A stretch of DNA of 64,000 nucleotides from Monocercomonoides exilis PA203 (taxonomy: Eukaryota > Protista > Preaxostyla): contig LSRY02000012.1 of assembly GCA_001643675.2 (NCBI GenBank), positions 1,800,168 to 1,864,167 on the forward strand, written 5' to 3'. Both the position numbers and the translations under genes were made by a program. Below are positions 1-13,614 of this stretch, piece after piece. Position 1 is the stretch's first letter; the number at the start of each line of letters is the position of its first letter. Below the pieces are notes generated by a model. That model was not told where the DNA came from. It searched no databases and saw nothing but the letters and a program-made list of their open reading frames with translations.

Positions 1-303
1 GGTATTCCTGCTTCAATTATTCAAAAGCATTTAATAGAAAATGGACCTGTTTATGCTCACATGGTTGTGTATGGAGATTTTACTGAATACAGATCAGGCG
101 TTTATCAACATAAAGAAGGAGCAAGTTTTGGAGGGCATGCTGTCCTTCTTGTTGGTTGGGGAATTGAGGAAGGAACTCCGTACTGGTTATGCCAGAATAC
201 ATGGGGACCTAACTTTGGAGAAAATGGATTCTTTAAGATCATAAGAGGTAAAAATGAATGTGATTTTGAGAAAAAGTTTTATGCAGTTACTGTTGACTGC
301 TAA
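1..303 (+). CDS. Cathepsin B-like papain-family cysteine protease, 3' part (5' end outside window)
   Basis: NGPV..VYGDF..YRSGVYQH..GGHAVLLVGWG..YWLCQNTWG..FGENGFFKIIRGKNEC; catalytic His and Asn motifs of peptidase C1A. Confidence 0.93.
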   Translation, partial: GIPASIIQKHLIENGPVYAHMVVYGDFTEYRSGVYQHKEGASFGGHAVLLVGWGIEEGTPYWLCQNTWGPNFGENGFFKIIRGKNECDFEKKFYAVTVDC

Positions 304-797
304 TTATTTGTTTTTGATGATTTTGTGAGTTCAAATAATGACATTTAAGTCTATTGCCTTAATGTCAAAAAGAACTTGCACTATCCTAAATTTTTATTTA
401 TTTGGTTTGGATTTTTAGTGGGAATATTTTATTTTGATTTTAGTGTTTATCTTAATTGAAAATTTTCTTTATTCATTCTTTTTTTCCCGAGAATAAAGGA
501 AATTATCAAGAGTTTTTACGCATTTCCAAAATTACCAATATTTCTCAAATTTTTATTTCAGTTCATAAATAATTATTGATCCTTGTTTATTGCATCAAAA
601 ATCCAATCCAATCAGAGAAAATGTTATACACACGATCACAGTTTTTTCTTAAACAAAGGATGAATGTGGTAAAAAGAGAGGATAAACGACAACATTCTTG
701 AAATTGAGGTCGAATTGCATTTTCTTATTCGGCTTTTCTTGTATTGAGGCATTTGCAATTTTTGTGTATTTTTTTACTGTAAATAATATTTCGCTTC

Positions 798-2723
798 ATG
801 TTTCTCTTTGTCTTTTTACTCGTTGGACCATTGCTTTATTCTCAAGATTGTCCGCAAAGTGAACTTTTATCTAGATACATTAAATTCGAAGTTTTATCGG
901 ATCAGTATCTTCAAGGTCTTTCAAATGAAAAAAAGCAAGCAATACGACATTTAGCAAAAGCCTGTCAAATTACTGATAGAATATTCTTTTATCAGGCGAG
1001 CCCAAATGGAGAATCTTTTATTAATAATTTGGAAAGAGAAATTATCGATTGCATCAACAACGGAAACGAAGATGATATGCTTTGTGATCTAATAAACGAA
1101 AGAGATGCTGTGTTACTTTTTGGCGGACGAAATATATCCATTGACACAAGCGGATCTTTCAGTGTCGTTGTGGATAAAACTCCTCCAGAAGCTGGATTTT
1201 ATCCACCAGGAACAACAGTAAATGAAATCAATGAATTCATAAGTGCACATCCAGAAAAGAAAAAGCTCATGATGAGAGTTGACACAATAGTTAGAAAAGA
1301 CACTGAAAATAACTTCATTGCTCAAACAATACGCGACACATGGCCTGAACTTGCGAAGAGACTTTATTTCCATGTTGATCTTGCAGGCAGACTTATTTCC
1401 AACGAAGATCCAGAATTAGGAAATTACCTTATCAAAAGAGCAAGTGCACTTTTTAAAGGGAAGCCACTCAAACAAACAGATGAAATGTGGGTTGAACTTG
1501 GAGAAAAACACGACCTGGATGTGGTTATTGGGCCGATAGAGACATATGAGGACAAACTGTTTGGTGCCAAAGGTTCGTGGATGTGTGCAGTGATGTTGAG
1601 GGCACCAAAGGAAGAAACCAAAACAAAGTCGCTTGTGAGGATGGTACAAGCAGTAGAGGCTACGCTTCCGATGAAGAAGAAGTGGATGTGGAGAACAAAG
1701 TCATCTGAAGAAAAAGAAGGCGAAAGAACAGCCGAGCGGAAAAATCCTGTTGAGATGCATTTGGAAGTGGTAGACATGATCTATGCAGGCGGAAGGGTTC
1801 GAACACCTTCGGTGGGAATGGCGCATAACCTTCCAAATGACCCGGTGGTGAAGGAGAAGAAAGGAAGTAGGAATCATCTTTTTGCGAACATTATAAAGGA
1901 AAAAATGAAGGTGATTATACGACCGATAGGAATGAAGATCCTCCACAGCTCGCAACAGCATCTGCTGAGTGAGACAGGCATGATGGACCATGTTATGTTA
2001 CACGAACTGTCGCATTCGTTGGGGCCTGTGTATTCAGACATATCAAAGCCAATCCCCTCCTTTGCATTACCATCTCTGTCAAGCAAGCAGTTAACCTTGC
2101 AAAGCCAGGTTCCTGTTAGAGAAGCTCTAACAGATTGCTTTTCTTCGATTGAAGAGTGCAAAGCAGATGTGGTTGGGCAGCTGTTCGGATGGCGTGTGGC
2201 TGATGGAATAGTTCAGGACTTGGATGCTGAGAAAGTTCCTGTTATTGATCGAGATGAGGCAATGGAGATGAGTGCAACACATCTTGCATCGCTGTTCAGA
2301 TCCATCAGATTCGGTTTGAAGTCTGCACATGCAAAGGGAAGTCTGATACAACTCAATTGGCTGATGGAGAACGGAGCAATTTCGTTGAGAGTTGACGGAA
2401 ATGAGGAGGAAGATGAGAATGGAAATGACGCGTTTATTAAATCAATAAGAAAGAATTCGAATAGATTCAATAGACGCAAAATGCGAAATGGCTCTTCGAC
2501 ATCTTTTGACAACCTGCGCCTGTTTATCGACTTCAACAGATGGAAAGCGTCACTGAATGATTTGGCATCAATTCTGCTTCATATTGAAGGAGAAGGCGAC
2601 AAAGAGGCAGCAAAACAATTGATTGATAAATATGGATCAAGATTACCAGACTGGGTAGAATTCTATCTTGTGCAGGTGGATGATGTGGCAATTGATTTGA
2701 ATATTCATTTTAATCTGGATTAG
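798..2723 (+). CDS. Peptidase M49 (dipeptidyl peptidase III-like, HEXXH type), probable signal peptide
   Basis: IGPIETYEDKLFGAK, AHNLPND, HELSH Zn motif, EECKAD third-ligand motif, FRSIRFG..AHAKG; hydrophobic N-terminus; single exon. Confidence 0.88.
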   Translation: MFLFVFLLVGPLLYSQDCPQSELLSRYIKFEVLSDQYLQGLSNEKKQAIRHLAKACQITDRIFFYQASPNGESFINNLEREIIDCINNGNEDDMLCDLINERDAVLLFGGRNISIDTSGSFSVVVDKTPPEAGFYPPGTTVNEINEFISAHPEKKKLMMRVDTIVRKDTENNFIAQTIRDTWPELAKRLYFHVDLAGRLISNEDPELGNYLIKRASALFKGKPLKQTDEMWVELGEKHDLDVVIGPIETYEDKLFGAKGSWMCAVMLRAPKEETKTKSLVRMVQAVEATLPMKKKWMWRTKSSEEKEGERTAERKNPVEMHLEVVDMIYAGGRVRTPSVGMAHNLPNDPVVKEKKGSRNHLFANIIKEKMKVIIRPIGMKILHSSQQHLLSETGMMDHVMLHELSHSLGPVYSDISKPIPSFALPSLSSKQLTLQSQVPVREALTDCFSSIEECKADVVGQLFGWRVADGIVQDLDAEKVPVIDRDEAMEMSATHLASLFRSIRFGLKSAHAKGSLIQLNWLMENGAISLRVDGNEEEDENGNDAFIKSIRKNSNRFNRRKMRNGSSTSFDNLRLFIDFNRWKASLNDLASILLHIEGEGDKEAAKQLIDKYGSRLPDWVEFYLVQVDDVAIDLNIHFNLD

Positions 2724-3391
2724 TGCGATGTTTCCTTTTTTGAATGAGTCTTATCCGATTTTTCAAAAGTCTATTTGAATTGATCAACAACAAAATTTTT
2801 TTAAGATTCATCATTCTTTTTGAAGGAATATAAGCGACCGCGTTGTTGATGCATTTGCTTTAAGATTTCCTTTTTCCAAAAAAAAAAAAAAAAATAAAAA
2901 AAAAAAAAAAAAAAAATATATTAATTCTTGAACAAATAAATTTTGATGTCTTTTTTTTTTTTTTTTTTTTATTTTAAAAATAAATCTCAAACATAAAACG
3001 TGAGCTCCAATCGAAAAAATAGAATTTGTAATTTTGATGTTTTGATTGCAACAGTTATTACCTGATTGTTGCAGAAAACAAGTAAATAACACAAAAAGTC
3101 AATGCAATCAGCAATTTCCGTATTCATGAAAGCATTCAAAATTCGTTCTCTCGAAAATTCATTAAAAGAATGAAAAAATCAAAAATTGTAAGAAATGAAC
3201 TTAAATTGGTACGAGCGAAAAACATTTGGTGAATTCATTAGTTAATCTCTTCATCAAGCAAATTCCACCGAAATCATTAGATTTCTTTGTTTCAAATAGA
3301 CGTATGCTCGCCAAAACAGTAGATGGAACGATTATCCGATTTTTGAAAGTGATAGAAAAAAATAATTTGCCAATTTTTATTGATTTCTCAT

Positions 3392-4492
3392 TCAGCTTCT
3401 TTTCTTTCCTTTTTTCTTTCTCTCTCGTCCTCTTCCTTCGTTTCCATCTCCATCTCCAAACACGTCTGCAAAAACAGATGCACCTCCACTCTGCTTTCGA
3501 TGAACTTTCTTCTTTCGTGTTTCTTCGTTTTCTTCAACCTTGACTTTTTCTTCCCCTCCAAATCGTTCGATATCCATATCATTTAAGATTTCAAAGCCGT
3601 CTTCTCCTTTCAATGGAATCTCTGCATTTTCGCGTTGCTGCTGAATTCTTGCTTCCCATTCATCGAAATCCTCGTCATAGTCATCATCTTCTTCCATTTC
3701 CTCTTCCATTTCCTCTTCATCCCCGTCTCTAGTTGGAAAATGCATCAAAGATGATGTATCAATCATGGTAGTGACTCTTGAATTTGTAGCAGCTCTTTGA
3801 AAATGAATTCACATTAATATGAGAAAACGTTATTAAAATATTCTCAAAAGGAAAAATAATTATTGATACATACAATGATGATGTTAGTTGGATCAGCTGA
3901 TGGAAGATTGAGTTGTGAAAAAGTTAGGCCAAATTAATTGTATTTTAATTGAGTAATTAATGAAAAAATATTGATGAACGAATTTTAAATCGATAAAGTA
4001 TTTCCCTCCAATTAATGATAAAAAAATAAAAACCATGTCTCTCACTTCTGCTTGGCTTTCTTCTCCTTCAGAAAGTTCTTTTCCAAGTCCTGCAAAATGA
4101 GGCGATTCGTGAAGTGTCATTCCTGCAGTCAAAAGATGTGACACTTTGTCGGACATAAATTGGCCCGGAGTTTTACTATCTAACTTCATTCCCTCTTGGG
4201 CCAATGCTGGCTGAAAACTAGTCATCACAATTAACAAAATATAAAATAAATAAGAAAACAAAAAAACGTTTTTTCTCTCGATATTAAATGAAGCGATAAA
4301 TCCAGTTGCTGCTCTCGCAATTTATCCAATTCAACAAGAATATCTTTTTGGTTTGTTCCTAAAAAAATTAATAGAAAGCTATTTTTGCAACTTTGCAATA
4401 AAATAAATACTCAAACCGAATGCAGTCATCCTTCCAAAACGAAAGTCCTTTTCTGTTTGTGCTAATTCACGCTCGATTTGTGCAATATGCAT
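3392..4492 (-). CDS. Spliced CCDC28/DUF4061-like coiled-coil protein with acidic C-terminal region (start uncertain)
   Basis: Manual splicing (GT-AG intron 4416-4359 and a following intron ending ~4219) gives IERELAQTEKDFRFGRMTAFGTNQKDILVELDKLREQQLDL, then joins in frame to ORF 3893..4261; last exon is ORF 3392..3766. Confidence 0.55.
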
Positions 4493-4940
4493 GTTTTCTA
4501 TTCAACGTTCAACAATAATACTTTGATCAGTTTTTTCACTATCAACAAATCTCATGTTAAAAAAAAATATTCTCTATTTTCAGTGTGAATTTCTCACGAA
4601 CTTTTTCAACTTCTGTCTCAATTAAAAGAATTTTTCTCATATTTCGGCAAATGTTCATTGAATCATCAAAAAAAGAAAATGAAATGAATTTCATAAAAAC
4701 TATTTTTCAATATTTCTTTAAGTCGAATTGTTTTTCTATGCAAAGCTGTGAAGTGTTAATATTAATTAACAATTAAAAAAGATTTCATTTTCTTGTCATT
4801 CTCAATATAATAATAAATAAATAAAATAGAAATTCTTTTTAATTCACACTTATTAATATTTACGCTTTAAAATTAAAAAAGGCTTATTGCGATACTCAGT
4901 TTTTGTTTAAAAACCATCATAATTTTTTCGATAATCTTTT

Positions 4941-7900
4941 ATGAATCGGCCCTTGCCAGAAGAAAAGAGAAAAAAATATTTACGTGAGCGTGCGAAAAGG
5001 CAAATGACCATTGGCTGTTTTAAGAAGCCTTGTACAAATCCACTTTGTGCAAGTCACCCTTTGTTTTCGAATTTAAGTGAAAATGAAAAGTTATTTTTGG
5101 AGGCAAGAGTGGTTTGTTGAAATTTCATTTCTATATGTTATTTTTTTGTTGTATGTCTCTTGTCCTGATGAAATCTTTCATTTTTACATTTTATCAGTCA
5201 TCAACAACGTTTAATATGTGCCCAATTATTAATTGGATACCGTTGGTTGCAACGTATGAGGATATGAAGGTTTGGTACAGATAAATACAATTTATTTACA
5301 GAAGCTGAATTTTAGGCAATTATACATTATTCACTTGCAGAATCAAATCCATTACCAATTGAACGATTTATTGATCATGTTTTCGGAAACCCTGAAGTTC
5401 TTGCTCATTCTTTTTTTGAAAATACCGATAAAGATAAAGCAAACAATTATTTTCATAAATTATCCGAAGCACACGATCTCTCTCCAGATATTCTTTCCAG
5501 TTTTGCATATTTTCCTATATTGTTCTGAATTTTAAACAAATACTTTTTGGTTTCATTTTTGTTTTTGCAATATTTTAGTATGCCCAGCTCCTGCGCTAAT
5601 CATCAAGATATATGATAAGATCTCGAAAATATCTACATCATATTTTCCAAAATTACTCAGATATTTAAATCAAACAATAGAATTTTCAATAACAAGATAC
5701 AAACGAGCAAATTATAGTTCTTTATCATCACCATTTTCTCATATACCAATTGAGATACAGTCAAAATCTTCAACATCTTTCCCACAAAAGTCGAATGGAA
5801 AAGAACAATCAATAATTCAAAAGGAGTGTAAAGATGCGCTTGGGAAGCTTTTACCAGTATCCCTTTCATCAGACAAATCGACACATTTAAGCAACACAGA
5901 TAAACAGAAAGAGTTCACAGAAACTTCTGCTGTTAATGGGGATTTGTCCGTGACGAATGAGAATAGCACTTCTTCAAGTGTATTAAAGAAAAATCTTTTT
6001 TCAGAAGTTGAAGCTGCAACTGTTCCGATGAAAATGCCTTTTCTGCAACTTGAGAATGCGAATGGGCATATCCTGGAGCTTATTGCAAGCGATCTTGTTT
6101 ATTTGCGGCTGCTTCCGTTTTACCTTCTTGCGCCAATATTCAAAGAAGAGGACACTCTTTTTGTTGGCACATGCTGCTGTTTGGTGGAAGAGCTGGTTGA
6201 GTCCAACATTGTTTATCTGTCTGCATCTTCTTATGGCAATTCGGTGCCTATTCAGAAAGTATACAATGAGATTGCTGAGAAGGAAGAGAAGGAAGCTGAT
6301 GATAATTTATATGACAGCATAGACTCTTCTTTGCCCATCTCAAAGATGCCTGGTCACAACAAAGATGCATCTTCAAACAAAAATAAAAACGGATTATTAT
6401 CCATCCAGCAAAATGTTAAAGACAAAAGTGGCAAAATGAAATCAGATGAAGCAAAAAAAACGAATGCAACCAAATCTGGCGAATCTTTCATCAATTCTGC
6501 CAGCAAGAATCTTGAACTGACATCCCGTCTTATTTCAATGCTGTGTGAACATCGCTCCATTCCACCTATTTCTCTGAGACAAGTTCTGATTGGATGGCTT
6601 GCCAGGTGGCCGGGTGATGCAATCAGGCAGATCATTCAGCCAATCCATGCGCTGATAACATTGCAGATTGTGTCGCCAGCTACTTCTCTGGCTATGCTGA
6701 AGCATGCTTCGATAACACTTGGGGTGATTTTCAGAGCAGTAACATTTGTGAATGATCTGCTGTTCTCCCCTTTCTTGATTTCAACCAGCACAACAAGAGA
6801 AGATGTTGGACGGAAACAAGCAAAATCAATTCAAGCTTCTTCTTCTTCTTCTTCTTCTTCTTCCTCCTCCTCATCATCATCATCTTTATCTTCTGATCAG
6901 CCGTTTTCACCACTTGTAGGTGAAGATGCGTTTTATATTGACATTCTGCGAGATATCGATTTTGATTTAGAAGTCAAACAGAGAGAAAATGGAAAATTTT
7001 CATTTTGTGCGTTTCCTTTCCTGTTGAATGTAGAGGCGAAGTCAGAAGTAATGAAGATAGCAACAGAGCGGGTGAAGCAGCAGGTGTTTGGCAGAACAAT
7101 CCTGTCGTCTATTTTGCTGGGGCAGGAGTCGCCTTATTTGATCATCACACTCAAAAGAGACAATTTGATACACGATGCTGTTGTAGCGGTGTGTTCAAGT
7201 GAAGAGTTACTGAGATATTCTTTGAAATTTGGATTATTTAAAAAAAAATTCAAAAAAAAAAAAATAACATTGATAAAATTCATTTTTTAATGATTCTATG
7301 TGAGGTTGAAATATATTTAAAAATATTATTTTTTTTCGAAAGTTTATTAATTTGTTTTTTTTTTTTTCGATTTTTATTATTTTTTTCTCAGTTGGATTGT
7401 TGTTCTGAAGAAGACTTGCGAAAGCCGTTGAAGGTGAAGTTTTCAGGGGAAGAAGGAATTGACGAAGGAGGAGTGCGGAAAGAGTTCTTCATGCTTCTCA
7501 TTCGAGACATCTTCAATCCACAATATGGAATGTTTGTAACGGAAATGGACGATGGAACAGAATCATCCAGCTCATCTTCATCATCCTCAAACACATCATC
7601 ATCTGATTCTTCACCTGGAAATGCTTCTTCTTCTTCTTCTTCTGTTGCTCGTTTTCACTGGTTTTCTCCTTTCCTTCCCGAAGAGGCAGCAGAATACCGT
7701 CTCATTGGTGTTATTCTCGGCCTGGCGATATACAACCACATTCTGCTGGACTTGCACTTTCCACTTGCAATGTACAAGCTGCTGCTGGGGATGAGGCCAA
7801 ACCTGACTGACCTGGCAGAAATACAGCCGACCATTGCACAGTCGCTGAAGTTTGTGCTGGAGACAGAAGATGCTTCTGTTCTGGGGCTGACCTTCACCAC

Positions 7901-8477
7901 AACAAGGAAGGTGTTCTCAGAAGTGGTCAACGTTGAGCTCAAGCCAGGAGGCGAAAACATCGATGTGGACAACACGAACAGAGAGGAGTTTGTGGAGCTG
8001 TATTTGGACTGGTTCTTCCACGTGGCTGTGCAGAACGCAGCTTCGGCGATGAAGATCGGGTTTGACAAGACGATGGGGGAGTTTCTGTGGATGCTGCGGC
8101 CGGAGGAGCTGAAGGAGCTGATTGTGGGGACAGACGAACTGGACTTCACATTGCTGAGGGAGAGTGCCAAGTACGACGGAGGATTCACAGCAGACACGCC
8201 AGTGGTGAAGTGGATGTGGGACATTGTCATCAACGACTTTGACGAGAAGCAGAGGAAGAAGTTTCTGTACTTTGTGACTTCGTCTGACAGAGCACCGATT
8301 GAAGGGCTGAAGGCTGTCGTTGTGACTGTTGTGCGGAATGGGCCAGACTCTGACCAGCTGCCGTCGTCGCACACGTGCTTCAACATTCTGATGCTCCCTG
8401 AATATGACAGCAAGGACAAGCTGAGAGAGAAGTTGAGTGTGGCCATCAGCTATTCAGAGGGATTTGGATTGAGATAA
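4941..8477 (+). CDS. UBE3A/E6AP-like HECT E3 ubiquitin ligase with N-terminal AZUL-like Zn domain (multi-exon)
   Basis: Exon 1 QMTIGCFKKPCTNPLCASH; FSFCAFPFLL; KVKFSGEEGIDEGGVRKEFF; catalytic LPSSHTCFN; C-terminal EGFGLR; in-frame intron ~7189-7391 joins the two large ORFs. Confidence 0.92.
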
Positions 8478-9274
8478 AAGACTTGAAGTTTTGATTGTGG
8501 ATAATTGAAGGATTGTTTCATCATGTTTGATGGAATAAAATTGTTGCGAAAGTTGAATTTTTTAAGCAAATAAATTTGCACTTGTTTTGCTCTGCGAAAT
8601 CAAAAAGGGTATATTTTTTATGTTCATTTTAATAGATTTGAACAAAAATTCATTCTTTTGATTCGTTTTTTGAGTTTTTTTGAAATATGATTTGGCGTTT
8701 CTTATTGTTTATTTGAGTTAAATTTTCGTTTGTTTTTTCACAAAAATCTTTACAAAAAATTTGAAGGATTAGATTGTAAAGATTAAAAAATTGTATATTT
8801 TTTCTCCATTTTGAATAAAACACTAAAAGCTTTTTTGGAAAATGTTGATAAGATATTTTTATTTATTCTTTATTGAACATAATATTATAATTGCGATGAC
8901 ATTTTTCACTATCTTTTCCAAGAAAGTGGAAAGAAAAAATATGATTTGATTTTCATGAAAGGGAACAGATTTGCAATCCCGACTTGATGCACAATTAAAA
9001 AAACCATTTCGTCTTCATGAATAAAAAAAAATCATAAATTAAACTGTGCTTGAAACAAATCAAGAAAAATACAACACCCTTTATAAATTAAAGTGTATTG
9101 ATTTGTTGACTTAATAAAGCTGTTTGAATCAGTTAAATTATTTATTTATTTATTTTTAAAAAACTCTTTGTATTGTTTCAATTTCCTTTTGATTGCCTTT
9201 CACAAATTTTACGTCTACAAAATTATAAATTGGATTGTTTAAATTATTCATTTTACCAATAAATAGAGTTGTGC

Positions 9275-11174
9275 ATGTCGTCACAACTATCGCTAAAAGA
9301 TAATGGACAAGCAATAGTAATTGATTTAGGGGCCTCTTTAACTAAAAGTGGATTTTCTGGAAAATTTGTTCCCTCAACTGTAACTCCATCATTGTTTGGA
9401 AAATTGATTGTAATCAATTTGAGAAGAACTTTGTTTTTGTTTTTTTGACTTAAAGAATTGGAAGATATAAGCAATCAGACCCCTTTGAAGAAAGCATTGG
9501 AACTGACACGTTGATAGCTGGCTCCGAAGCTCTTGAAAAGCAAGGACTTTTACGTCTTTCATATCCTTCAGAACATGGTAGCATTCCAGATTTTGAAAAC
9601 TATGAATATCTATTAAGTACAATATTTTCCAATGAACTGAGCGTTGATCCAGATGGGGTTTGCACATCTCTTATTTTTGAAATAAAAATTTCTCCAATTT
9701 TTTAAAGAGAAACGTGATGTTAGTTGAGCCAACAATTTTTACAAAGCAAACGAAAATGAAATTGGTGCAATTCTTTTTTGAAAAATTGAATGTTAAAAAT
9801 CTTTATTTTATAAACACAGCACTAGCTTCATTGTGTGACAAAGCTTTTTGTTTTTGTCCAACATGTTTATGAAATTCCATTTTCATTAAATAATACCCCA
9901 AATGACTTTGTGCATTTTATTGAATTCAACGAGATATGCGTCTGGTACAGCTACAGGAATTGTTGTCGAAAGTGGTGAAGGATCTACCTCAGTTACACCA
10001 ATTGTTGACAGTAGAGTCTTTCTCTCTGCTCAGCGCATCACAGAACTGGGAGGGATGTATGTGCAGCAAACGATTTTTGTGATTTTTGTCAATATTTTGA
10101 ACTATGTCTATTTTGCGATTTAATAATTGTTTTTTATAAATGTGAATATTTTCTATCTGGCAAACAGAGATATAACGAACAGATTGAAACATCTTCTTCG
10201 ATTAAAAGGACACGCTTTTCCTTCTTCTTCAGATTGGCAAACTGTCAAATTGATTAAAGAAAAAGTTTGTTTTTATTTGAATTGCTGGCGAATACAATTA
10301 ATTGTTTTGAAATTCCGTTTTTTGATAATTCTGACAATATATATTTTTATTATTAATTACAGACTTGTTTCATTTCAGAACATTTAAATGAAGATCGAAA
10401 GAAAATTGGATCAAATGACTTTGAAACATTTTATACGCTACCAGACCATAAAACAATATCAGTTTGCATTGAGCTAATTATTATATGTTGATGTTGAATT
10501 TGTTTGTATTTGCCTTTTCACATAAATAATTGCTGCATATAATAATTCGATTGAATGTTGATAAATCTTTTCTTTTTTTCGTGTGATTTTGTTCACAAAA
10601 GATCAACGAAGAACGATTTCTTTCACCAGAAATTCTTTTTCATCCACTTCTCGTTGATTGTGAAGAGCCTGCTGTTGATAAGGTAATTCGTGCAAATTTT
10701 TACATATTCATTACAATTTATTCTTTTCTTTTCTTTGCTTCATTTTCTTCAATTTGTGGCAAAATTGAATCAACGATTTATTATTATCTTTTTTCTTTTT
10801 TAGCTATTTGTTGATTCGATTTCTGCAATGTCGTCGTCTCTTCGTGCAACTCTTGCTTCATCAATTTATCTTTCTGGAGGCTCAACACTTTTCAAAGGTT
10901 TCACTATTGCCTATTCTTTTGCCCAATCAAAAATATTATCCCACTTTGTATAATATTTATTCTCATTTTCATAGGATTTCCTGAGCGGCTCATTTCTTCT
11001 ATTCGAATACGCCTTCAACCAGAATTTCCGCTTAAAATAAAAGCGCCAAAAGATCGAATATTATCTCCTTGGATTGGTGCTGCTGTTCTTGCCAGTCAAG
11101 ACATTGTTCAGCAGTTCTGGATTTCTCAAAAGAAATATGAAACAGAAGGAATGAGATTGTTTTTTGATATGTAG
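9275..11174 (+). CDS. Divergent actin-related protein (multi-exon)
   Basis: IVIDLGASLTKSGFSG, LSYPSEHG, YASGTATGIVVESGEGSTSVTPI, LSGGSTLFKG, SPWIGAAVLA, FWISQKKYETEG, distributed over short GT-AG-bounded exons. Confidence 0.88.
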
Positions 11175-11960
11175 AAAAAGAGATGTGTTTGAAATAGTGA
11201 ATTTGTTGGCTAAATATACTTTTTTTTGACATATTTAACTCAAAATTTTCAATTTAATTTTAATAATTTGATGTTATTCATATTCTTATATTGGACATTG
11301 CAGATGAAGCAATAAAAATTTGTTGAACTTTCTTCAATTTTCAAAATCTTGATTGAAAAAAAAGTCGACATTGTTTTCGTTGTGATTATTCAAATTAATT
11401 GTGATATTTTTGGTTAAAACTCAATGCTTTATTCAGTTTTTATTTAAAATGGCATTTTTTATCTGCAGAATTAGCATAACCCTCTTTTTTCTTACATAAA
11501 GGTAAACAAAAGCCAAACATCATCGAAATAAAATAAGAAACGATACAGCATGCTTCTTTTGTTTGTTTCTTCCAAGCAATAAAGTACTTTTAAAAGAATA
11601 ATACCAAAAGGATAATTATAATGTTTAAACAATACTCGAAATAAATGAAAGGCGCTTTTCATCGAACAAAAAGCAAAAACAATTGATCAAATTTGTTAAG
11701 TTCAAAAATTTAAACATATGTTCGAATCGGTTGAACGTGCCAAATGAAATTTCCACAAAATATCAAGACCGGAAATAATCACATATGAAAACACATTCAA
11801 AATCAAATTATGTTTTCAAATAACGAAAACTCTCATCAAAAGTTATTATCAAGTTCCACAAAATTTCATCGTTATTAAGAATGTATTGCATATCTTCCAT
11901 TCTGTAAGAGCAATTTTGATAAAGTCAATTATAAATTAGAAATGAACTTGAAAGAATGTT

Positions 11961-13614
11961 TCAGCTCTTTTTATCAAAAGATGGTTCATCAGATTCGAAA
12001 TATGATTGGCGTATGTCTGTTTGATTCTGAGAGAAATCGATATTCTCTTGTGGCAAAATGGATGAAGATGAATCTGAGCTTGTACCAAAGCCCATGTGAA
12101 GCATCGAATGCGGTTGATTCAACACAGGAGAAGATAAAGACTCAGACGCATCTGAAACATCAATTTGATTTTGAATTCTGCATAAACTTTCGTTTGATGT
12201 ACTTATTTCACTTTCCATTGGCTGATCAGGGTTATTCAGCTTGTAGAGAGACTCACATCTTATTGGCCAGCAACGCTTATATTTTTTGTAACCAGAATTT
12301 GTCACAAAAGTTGGTAAAAGACGACAAGCACGGCTGAGAAATACGCGTAACCCTTTTTTATTGTCATCTTCAAAAAATGTTCATTCAAATTATTCAAAAA
12401 ACGAATAGAAAAATAATCAAAAAAAAATATTAAAAAAAATTAATTCCGTATAAGCAATGTCATAAAAAAGTCTCTTCTCATTTAGAAAATCTCCAATGAT
12501 TTTTCTATTTCGATGCTTTGAAAATTCAATTTATACTTGTTGTTACTTACTCACAATTGTTCATACTTTGAATTCCATAAATTCTGCCAACAGTTGATTG
12601 ATCTGTCCACAGCAAATATGCATGAAAAAAACTGAAGGGAAGAAGAATTATGGAGACAATAGTGCAATACAAAACAACGCCAATAAGAAACATGTCTTGT
12701 TTCTAACAAAAAATAGTTAATAAGAAATATTTTTCAATCAGCAAAGTCAAAACTTTTGACTTTAATTATCAAGAAAATCAACAAATCAAACTGTAGCATT
12801 CTCCCATCCGACTTTTGTTATATCTATGATAAATATTACAAATGCAGTTATTCCATACATTATTAGCGAAAATGCACAGCTCATCAAAAACCACATGAAA
12901 AGACCCTGGTTTCTTTCTCCAATACAATTATTAACGACTGGGCAATGGTGATCGAACCCCATGACGCAATTTCCACATTCATAGCAATGTTTGCATCCTT
13001 TTGGTCGCATTATTCCACAAATCTTACAAACTTTATTCCCAACAACATCAATTTTTGTTTGAATATGTGCATCATCCGATGCAGTTCTATTCAAAGGGGA
13101 ATTTTCAACCTGATCAATCATTTCGTTTTGATTGTTTTGCTCCTGAATCGAAGTGATTTCATTAAAAAGAGCAATAGGCTGTTCTTTCGGGAGAAGATAA
13201 TGTCCTGGTGGTAATTGATGAGCCTTCGGAAGAATGCCGGGATCAGTTGTTTCAAGAATAATTAAAATAACAAGGGTTAGTCCCATTCCAAGTATTCCTT
13301 CAACAATAGAAACTGTGAAATGCATTCGAGGAATAAGAGCTGCAAGGGATCTAAGAAAGGTTGAAATAAATTATTAAAAAAATTAAATAATGAAGTGAAC
13401 TTATTCTGCAAACAATCCTCCAATCGCCAAAACCACAAGAATTATAAACGAGCCAGAGCAAATAGAAGGTCCATAAAAGCAATGTCCCTTATAGATAAGG
13501 AAGCAAATTATTTATTTCTAATTAAATTCAACAAAAATCTATACACCACACCCAGCAACACGTCCAGTTTTTGGAAATAATCGGTGGTTTTCGCGTTCTT
13601 TCGATTTCTTCCAT
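11961..13614 (-). CDS. DHHC palmitoyltransferase (ERF2/ZDHHC9-like, multi-exon)
   Basis: TDPGILP; CKICGIMRPKGCKHCYECGNCVMGFDHHCPVVNNCIGERN; flanking TM helices; N-terminal exons SKNWTCCWG/HCFYGP. Confidence 0.9.

Noticed and set aside
7655-8446. 263-aa antisense ORF
   Set aside because: Mirror frame of the GC3-rich HECT exon
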